Shown here: positions 54,778-64,000 of the stretch, in pieces | Position numbering within the stretch: position 1 is the stretch's first letter | Layout: the number at the start of each line of letters is the position of its first letter | Program-made: the position numbers and the translations under genes | The notes under the pieces: generated by a model | What the model saw: the letters and a program-made list of their open reading frames with translations, nothing else | What the model was told of the DNA's origin: nothing | Database searches by the model: none | NCBI GenBank assembly: GCA_043228905.1 | Contig: JBHGNT010000004.1 | Coordinates: 1,674,001-1,738,000 of the forward strand | Direction: 5' to 3' | Source: Azolla caroliniana | Lineage: Eukaryota; Plantae; Polypodiophyta | Length of the DNA stretch: 64,000 bases

Positions 54778-56090
54778 ACATACTTTCACATTCATGTGTG
54801 CATGTAGAGATTGGTATATACCATATATATACACATATTTATTTATGCTTATGCGTGTAAGATAATAAAGAATTGAGTGTTGATTGTGTGTGCACCGCAC
54901 CACAACATAAGAACTTGGAAGACATTTTGTCATTAAAATGTGAGTTCGAGTTATCATGAGGTGAAAGTGGAGACCAAGTAGTTGCATGGAAATGTCCAAG
55001 ATCATCGAGTTCCTTCAAGTTCATGTCATTTTTTGTGTTACTTGTCTCTAGATATTTGTGGTTCTCATACCTATTATACATTCAAGTAAGGTCTATTTGA
55101 TGCAATATTTTTGAGTTGACGGCTTACTTTAGTTCCCAAATTCTGAATATATCACTTTCGACTTCCATGCTAGCATATGAATCTCTAGGTTAATATACAC
55201 ATATTTCTATGGTTTGGAGAGCTTTGACAAAATCATATCATGTCCAAAATTGCTCTACCCAGGTCCTTCAAGCGAGTGATGAATGGTAAATAAGATTGCA
55301 TGCATTTTTTTAAGGATTGTTCCCATATTTATAATCTTGCAATGGCCATTTTATATTCTTGCAAGTTCAACCACTTTATTTCTAATTTTGAACGATAATC
55401 ATCATCCATCCATTAGGTTAGGGTCCAAATTGTGAGGGTTTTTATTTAATTCAATCATAAGACAACATGCCATATATATACATAATACATATTGTTGACA
55501 GACGAGCTCAACACATGAGCACATGTGTGTATAAACCGAAGTGTGTGAAAGCACACTTTATTGTAATCCATGTAAACTATGTGGTTACATGAGGAATGGG
55601 ATTGATATCCAGATAGCCGCTTTGAGCTAGTACAATCAATGAATACTTAGATATTGTTATTCCTCCATGGGAACCTTGATGAAGAAATGTACATGGTACA
55701 ACCAACTCGAACCAAGTCCAAAGTGCACCTGATTTCAATATCTTCACCAAATTTATATCGAAGTGTTGAAATCCGACAACTCACTGTATGTTTGGAATCA
55801 AGAGAAACACAGATGAGTGTTTGCAGAGGCACATTTACTGGAAGAACTAAAAGCAGAAAAAATTAGTAAAACTTAACCCCACAAAAAGAAGTTTGTGATA
55901 TGAGAAATGAGGAAACGAAGTCATGCTTACCAAAAGTAAATTGATAGGGAAAACGGGGAATGAAAACAAATGAGTAAGCCTGCACCCAAGAAGTGACAAG
56001 AAGAGTAATTGAATAAATTCTGACCATAGAAACAGATAGAGGAATTGAAAAGAAAGTATATTGTGCAAACCCTAACCGGAAAACTTTGAG

Positions 56091-56950
56091 AATTAACCAC
56101 CGCCAGCGATGTGTATGGCTATGGAGTAGTATTGCTTGAGTTGCTCACAGGTCAAGTTGCCATCGATCAGAAGCGTATTGAGGATTATAATCTTGTCGGT
56201 TGGGTAATTAGCTTGTCTTTTGAACTTTCCTTCCTTTCTTTTTAAAGTGATTTAAGGATGTTTCCAAAAATTACTGATTAATTTGTATACAATGCATAAG
56301 ATTCCATGATGTTATATATTGTAGATGTTGCTACAATGAGCATATGCTTAAAATACATTACCATGGGTGAATTAAAGCTTGAGTAAGGTCTTACTTATGG
56401 TATTTAGGAAGCGTTCAAACAAATATATGCAGTTACATTGTTTTTCTTCTAAATGAGCTCTCTAGTCACTCAAATTAGGTATAGAATATATGTAATGGCA
56501 TTTGAACTAGTTGACACCTTAATGTCTTATAACATAAAAAATCAAATGGAGATGAATTCCATGTAAAGAAAAATTCGAGATATATGCATTGTTGTGTTCT
56601 GTTATAGTGGTACTAGATTTTAGATCTCATTTCTTAAATAAATAAAACCTTATAAAGCTCACGCAATGACTTTCTTCACATAAAATGACCAATTGAGGCA
56701 TAAGAAGACCAGTAATTATTTAGCCAAGGCTTAGGACCAAAGACAAAAACAATAAATGTATAGGTGGCAACCATTAGTGATAAACCTAAATGTAAAGAAC
56801 ATAATAATATAAAGTTACACTTCTATGATAAGAACAGTGGTTGTATGTAAACCCCTCCAATCTTGATCAGGTGAATGGAAAGCTCAAATGGAACAGGAAT
56901 GTGAGGGCTATCATTGATCCATGGCTTGGATCAAAGTATCCTGTTGATTA
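56091..56950 (+). pseudogene. RLK kinase fragment (exon 18 part, intron 18, truncated exon 19); duplicate of 34202-35060
   Basis: [37 protein letters not shown]|gt ... [26 protein letters not shown], with the same two breakpoints as the 34-kb fragment. Confidence 0.88.
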
Positions 56951-59234
56951 CCTTTAGGTAGGGTACTACATACATTGAACTTATAGTATGACATATGTGT
57001 AGGAGGTGCCTAGGACTTCTTATTATAGCTGCATGTTGACTCTTGCCGAACAGGGCCTTCTCACAACATGAGTGTAAGGACCTTGTTGACCATGTACCCA
57101 CTATTTAGACATGGTAAAAAAGAGTAATCAAGAAAGAAAGCAAGACCAAGGGATCAAAAAGACTTGAGTCGTATAAAGTGCAAGATTATATGATGTCTAA
57201 CCCTTGATTAGACGATAAAAGAATCCCACATTTGTTAAGGGTTGGTCCCACATTTGTAATCTTGCAATGGCCATTTTATATTTTTCCTGACCACTTGATT
57301 GCTAATTTACCTTTTACATGAAAAATTAGCAGAAATTCCTCCAAAAGTTAACAGTATTCTTAAGGCAGCCATGTTTCCTTTGGAACAAAAAATGAGGCCT
57401 AATCAAACTAACTAACAATAAGACTGATGATGCAAAACAGCCATTGAGTGCACACATTATGCTACCAAGTGAAATGAAGAATGATGAAGCTGTGTCAATA
57501 TTTTCTTCAAACAATGTATGGTTGATATTCTGAAGAAAAATACAAAAAACTTTAACCAATGTTTACTTCAATCAAGAAAGCCTGTTTTTTTCACGATGAT
57601 GTGAGAAATGGAATGCATGATGAGAGGGTGCCATTTTAGGCTGTAGCAGAATGAACGAAGCAAGCGAAACACAGATGAGTAAAGGTAAACAGTGCCATCA
57701 TAAGCCTTAGAAAGGGGATCCCCTTCCTTCCTAGAAACAGATATTGGATGGAAGATATTCTGCAAACAAAGTATATACATAGTGCAAACCCTAACTTTAA
57801 ACTTAGCAATTGAGTCTGATCCGTCCGTCCAAAAGTGAACAATAACCCTATAAACTTTTAACAAAAGTCACGAACAAAACAAAAGAATTAGACAAAACCA
57901 TAACTTTCCCCCCTAGAATCTAAACCTAGAAACAGATGGAACTCTAGAATATAAAGCATACCCCTACAATGCAAACCCTAACTCTAGAAACGTACGGAAG
58001 AACAGAGAACACTTGTTGATAGGTTACACCTTATAATAGGCATTTAACTATAAACTATTATAATTGACACCTCCAATGATATGTTTTATGAAACACATCA
58101 CACACCAGTAATTGATCCATTTCCTACGCATCTTACATCTCTATTTACTACACCAATAATCAAAATGGTAAGCCCACTCTGCTAAAAACTCAGAAAATAT
58201 GTAATGTGGTATGGTTAATTCATTGGACTTTGATAATAATTATTCCTTATCATCATATATAGTGTTTAAACATTGGGGTCATAAAGCTAATTATGAGTGG
58301 GACACGCCAAAAAGACATAAGATTGTAGCTGAGCCTGGAACAAGGAGCGTATTCCTACTCTTATGTGTGTGTGCATCATTATCACATATAAAGTACATTA
58401 CAGTCGACATCATTTAAATTAAAGGTTTGAATACTTTTATGTAATTCAAAGCTTCATCTGTATGTCTGCATAGTCACCATCGGCAAACATTGACACATGA
58501 AAAATTCAAGAGCAAAAAACATTGACAACAAAAAAAACTTTTGACATTTTATGTTCTAAGGATCAGAATCCGTGTTCTTCTGTTTCTGAATAACTGTATG
58601 AGAAGAGTGAATATATCCGACAAAGTTCTCACATTGGTTTCAGTCTCCATCTCATTTTTCATGTCCTTCCATTTTTTCCCGTTGAGTCTATTAAAGATAT
58701 CGATCACATCGTACATCAAGTTGTGATTTGTCCTCACAAGTTAATACTGTATTGGTGGACTTGGTTCCTCCTTATCATCATCATCATCATCAGCAATATT
58801 GTGTTCAAGGTTGCAATTATCTCAATTATTCACAGTGTTTTCAAATGTATGTAATATGTTGATTTACATTGGTCCTAAACCTAATTATGAATGGAACATG
58901 GCGAAAACATAAATATGTCACATGGACCAAGGAGTATTGAATTAGTCCTCCTTTATCCACTTACATAAATTATGGATGGGACATGCCTGAAGACCCATTC
59001 ACACGAACAGTAGACTGATGATGTCTTTGTACATAAATTTACAAATCAATGGTGGGGATTTGTCCTCAAACAATCAATCAATGGTGGAGTTTTGGTTTTG
59101 TATTTTTGAACGTTCCTAGGAAGTTTGATCACTGCTTTCCTCTTCTGCACAGCTACCTAATCATTCATTATCAGCTTCAACCAAGTTAATTAAACCAAAT
59201 CTCTTAATAATCAAAACAAAACCCTGCTTCATTC

Positions 59235-62200
59235 ATGTTGAAACCCCATGATCACCACATCATGAAGATCATACCAATTTATGCGTGTTTCTCTTTCATT
59301 CTTCTGCTTCTTCTGATTCTTCTTCTTCCCCAACATTCCCATGTCAAAGCTCAAAACAATGAAGGTAATTACAAGTTTCGGGATGCCAACATTGTTTATT
59401 AACAACCTACGCTCCACAGATAAATTCGATTTGATACCTAAGTATCTTTTATTTGATACTAAGAATCATTCTTCAGATATATCCTTCAATTACTTTCAAT
59501 TTTTTCCTCACTTATTCTCCATTTGAATTTTGATCCATAATCAATCTTCAGCATCACTATAGAAATTGTTTGTATCTAGCAACGATCTTTCTTCACAATC
59601 TCGTTTCTTTCCATCTTTGCTACTTTACATTGCATCTCTGATTGTTCTTCATTTGATCTGGTATCATTCCCTCGTCTATTCTTCGTTGGATAGACTGTTA
59701 TTATTCTTCAATTTGATCCTTACTTTATCCTCAATTTGATCCATCACTTGATCCCTACTTTGTCACCATTAAATTGATCCATCATTCAGTCCGTACTTTC
59801 TCTTCATAATTTGGTCTTTATTAATCCCATTGGCTACTAGATTTAATTTGTTGAGAGCATTATTTTTTAATAATCTAAATCAACTGATTGCTTACATCAA
59901 TTACAGTTCAAGCACTCCTGAGTATTAAGACTGCAGTCGGGGGTTCAGGGTCCAACACATCATCATGGGATAGTTCTGCATCCAATCCTTGTAATTGGAC
60001 CGGGGTCACATGCTCCTCCTTAAATCGTGTTAAAGCTCTGTAATTATTCCGTAATTTTCCATTTACCTCTCAATAAATGCTAATGATGCCATATTCATGT
60101 TAATTTTGTATATTTCATTAATGCAAAGTATGTTGTATATTTCATTACTGCTAATTATGCACTCTAGTTAATGATAATCAGGTCTTGCAAGTGCTAATTA
60201 TGATCTATTACAAGAGTTAACAAATGCTAACTTGCCATGTAGTTATCATTGATTGCGTTCTAATTACGATCATCATGAATATTTAAACTTCATTTTAGGA
60301 ATATGGCACAATTTGGATTGCAAGGGACATTACCGAGTGATTCGTTTGCAAGCCTTACGGCATTGACATCGTTGGATCTATCAAACAATTTCCTGACAAG
60401 TCCTTTGCCATCGATATCTATGTTGACACAATTACATGACTTGTATGTTCTCCCTTTCAGAAAACAATATGGACCAGCTCTTATTCTGTTTTTTTAACGA
60501 ACTTGCAACTCATTACTCTATACTAGTAATTTCTTACATTACATTTACATATTGCAGGAATTTAAGTTGGAATGCATTCAGCCAAGAATTTCCAAACGAC
60601 ATACTAAGCTTAAAACAACTCATAGAATTGTACGTGGTTTGATAATTTGTCTTGATTTCTCCATCCACACAATTGGTGATCACATTGACATGAAGCATGC
60701 AATCTGATGTACAACAATACATGAAGGAATTCACAAAGTCTGTATGCCGTTTTGAAAGACACAACAAAATAAAGACAACATGCATTACCATGTAAAAAGT
60801 CTTTGACACTTCTTTTCAGGTGCATTGCCAACAACTTCTTCCAAGGTGCAGTTCCAGAAGGGATATCTGCCTTATCCAACCTCCAAGAATTGTGAGCCCA
60901 ATAAGCTGCGCTCACTAGTTGTTCCAATTAGATAATCGAAGAAAACAATATACATACATACTATATATATATATATGAGAGCGAGAGAGAGGGAGAGAAA
61001 GAGATTAATGTTTTTCCCTAATTGCCTGTGCAGGTGGCTTGGAAATAACACACTCACATCCTTACCCAAAAGTCTTTCATCTCTTCTTCACTTGACTGTT
61101 TTGTAAGCACAAATTATTTGATGCCTCTGTTGGGTTTTCTTTTGTCATAGTAATCCAAAATATGTGTTCACAAGAATGGGGTGTTTTGTTGCTGACATTG
61201 TACAGAAGTGCTTGGGGGAATGCTTATCTAACAATAACTCAACTGCCATCAGAATGGGGTTTAATATGGGTCAACTTGACATACTTGTAAGTGAACAACT
61301 TACTCTATTTAAAAGGTTGCCATACAAAAAGTAAGGCTTTCATATTGGTCTATGCTGAAGCGATTTGGGTGTTTACAAAGCCATTTCCTAAAGTAATGGT
61401 TAGAAGATTACATGTAAACATGGGGAAGTACATACAAACCATTAAATAACTTCATGTTTTCACTAGAGCATAATAATTCCCTTCATTGTATGATTGTATA
61501 AATAAGCATTTGTGTTACACGGCTTTGTGTGAAGGACTTACCCAACTCTAGTTTATCTTCAGTTTCTTTTTCACGATTAAGCATTATGTTGATCTAATAT
61601 CAAACCAAATGAAGTGACTAATAATCATTATTAGTCAATCAATGATGCATATTATAAGCTGGACCAGATTTAGAGCCTTTTAAATAACACAACTTTGAAT
61701 CGGGAAACATCGAATTTAAAATGATGTATATTGAAGTCTTCTTTTCCTCGACAGGAGTTTGCATGATACTAACCTCACAGGGGCTTTACCAGAAGAGTGG
61801 GGAGCTAGCTTCACTAAACTGCAAAGGCTGTATGTATCCCACATAAACCTTGCTCAATACCATTTTTAATCTTCACTTGATATAGGGAAAGAAGATTTTA
61901 TTCTTTTACATAACCATTGAATGGATTGATATATATGCAATGTTTTTAATGCCATGAAGATGCAATTTAAACTTTATTCCACTTCTTAACTGTACGTAGG
62001 TACCTTCATAATAACGATCTGACAGGATCTATTCCTGAGAGCTGGGCACGCATGACAAGCTTGAGGGAACTGTATGCATAAAAATTGTTTCTTATTTAGG
62101 GCAGAAAATCCTGACAACCCAATCATAACAAGTTACCTAAATAACAGTATCTTATTATATACACAGGCGAATGTATACGAATAAGCTTAGTGGTGTTGTT

Positions 62201-64000
62201 CCATCCTGGATGAAATATCTCACACTTACTGCTGACAGAGTGTAAGAGCCAAGCAGAAACTATTGTATGTATGTACATTCATGTGTACAAATGTGTAAAT
62301 ATATAAATATGACATACATGTTGCTACATATTTATCTACGCATGTAAGCATAATAATATAAGAATACAATATGTATACAAATATATGTAAGTTGTAACTA
62401 TACATACAGAGATGCCTTTTAAAACCAAATCTTTAAGTTTTCATATGAATAAAAATTCTTAAACTTCAGATATGTATGGATTGCAGGGACCTTAGATGCA
62501 ATTTCCTACAAGGACCATACCCAACTTTCTTTAACGATAGCACGTAAGTCATGCGAACCTACTAAATGCAATTTCCTAAATGATGGGTCCCAAAATCAAG
62601 GGATACTAATTCTAATCATCAAAGAGACTTAACACTATTAAATTTGTGCCATCAATCTTCCCTTAATAAATGATAAGATCTTAAATTAAAGGATAACACT
62701 TTTAACCATAAAAAAGAGCCACTGTCGTCAAAGCAACACGAACTAAACACTATTGAAAATTGATGGTTTAGCTTTAGATTCTCCAAATTAGATGAAAAGC
62801 ATACAAACATTAAGCACTCTAAAGAGCATATACTCTGAAACCATGTTCGTGGATCTTAACTCAAATGCTATAAAAATACAAACTCCAAAAATAGCCCCAA
62901 ATTCTCCTTTATTTCCTCAAATGCCCGTAAGTTTTTAGCAAAACAACTATTTTCCTAGATCTAGCCAAGGAATTAATAACTCATGGCTTTCAAAAAATAA
63001 CGGAAAACTCCAGGGGTATTTCATTCGTTTTTCACTAGATATATGAAACAATGATGTGAAAGCCATAAGACAAATCCTCATTTTTGTGTCCATCTAGTTG
63101 GAACGGAAATTGCTTTGATTCAGACTTTGGGGCTCACAAACAAGCATGCGGAGACAAGACAAGTTGTGAGCAATTTCTAAGCTCTTGCGGAGACAATACA
63201 AGTTGTGATCCATTGCCAAGTTCTTGCGGAGACAATACAAGTTGTGATCCATTGCCAAGTTCTTGCGGAAACAATACAAGTTGTGATCCATTGCCAAGTT
63301 CTTGCGGAGACAATACAAGTTGTGATCCATTGCCAAGTTCTTGCGGAGACAATACAAGTTGTGATCCATTGCCAAGTTCTTGCGGAGACAATACAAGTTG
63401 TGATCCATTGCCAAGTTCTTGCGGAAACAATACAAGTTGTGATCCATTTCCAAGTAAGCTACTTACTTTTATCACATGGAATCTTTCCTTTTAGATGTGA
63501 TTTGATGTATCTTTAATATTATGTAGATTTCAAGTTTTAACATCATCCTTTTCGATAATAATACCTCGTACGTTTTTTCATTATATGGTAGAAACATCTA
63601 GGATCCTTACCCCACAATCCACACAAACAAGTAATAAAAAGATGCTAATTTATTTTAGAGGCTTGTCAAAGGATCACGAGCTCTTTACAATCTGTTCTCC
63701 ATAAGATTGCACTTCTCATATATTCACTTTGAAAATATGCTTGCACACATGACAATATAGCCACATTTATTCAAGTTAGGGAGGAAGAGAATATTGAGAC
63801 ACATTTTTTTTGCCATCTAGAGCTAACATGTTAACTTAAACTCACTGTCTTGGAACCAACAACATTGTGCCAACTAGCAAATAACAAACTTCCTTCATAT
63901 TTAAATATACCAAATTCTTAATTATTTATGAGCTCTAAAATCTCAAACTTCTTGTACAGATGGAAAAGCATTGCCTAAAAAAGCAATCATTGGCCTTGTG
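59235..64000 (+). CDS. LRR receptor-like kinase copy 5 (subtype B), 5' part (exons 1-13), 8-unit Cys stalk repeat; continues beyond the window
   Basis: Signal-peptide exon from 59235/59262, N-cap, LRR exons in frame, stalk exon ending 63453, TM exon starting 63960. Very similar to copy 2, including introns. Confidence 0.88.
63147..63453 (+). repeat. Coding 39-bp tandem repeat, 8 units (CG[D/N]NTSCDPLPSS)
   Basis: Unit tgcggagacaatacaagttgtgatccattgccaagttct; 7 full units plus 34 nt before the gtaagc donor. Confidence 0.97.

Noticed and set aside
63094-63516. 39-bp array as a CRISPR array, or its alternative-frame ORFs (MDHNLYCLRKNLA, GNGSQLVLSPQEL, VIHCQVLAETIQV) as genes
   Set aside because: Units are contiguous with no unique spacers, the context is eukaryotic, and only the Cys frame fits the flanking splice sites; the other frames are open simply because the unit is a stop-free multiple of 3.

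Overview
AT-rich, intron-rich eukaryotic DNA from a land plant. The transposon types suggest a non-seed plant such as a bryophyte, but that is an inference. The window is a tandem, head-to-tail (+ strand) array of leucine-rich-repeat receptor-like kinases (LRR-RLKs) with 20 exons each. The ORF track mostly misses them because the exons are short, so I spliced them by hand at GT-AG sites. The array holds the 3' end of one copy (1-1385), three apparently intact genes (4252-14666, 23954-31393, 46990-54543), a fourth running off the window (59235->64000), a 5'-truncated pseudogene (35470-38612) and several orphan exon fragments. Protein layout: signal peptide, N-cap, about 10 LRRs (mostly one per phase-2 exon), a Cys-containing stalk, a TM helix, an RD Ser/Thr kinase and a Pro-rich tail ending VEPR/VEPH. 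Between the genes are two L1/Tx1-like LINEs, solo LTRs with 5-bp TSDs, a Gypsy gag-protease relic inside an intron, Copia RT relics and microsatellites. The most striking observation is a 39-bp coding repeat (CGDNTSCDPLPSS: one Cys pair and one N-glycosylation sequon per unit) in the extracellular stalk, present in 1, 4, 2 and 8 units in the four paralogues. Substitutions also concentrate on solvent-exposed LRR beta-strand residues, and one paralogue is a mosaic. Together these suggest a rapidly diversifying receptor locus with adjustable stalk length.
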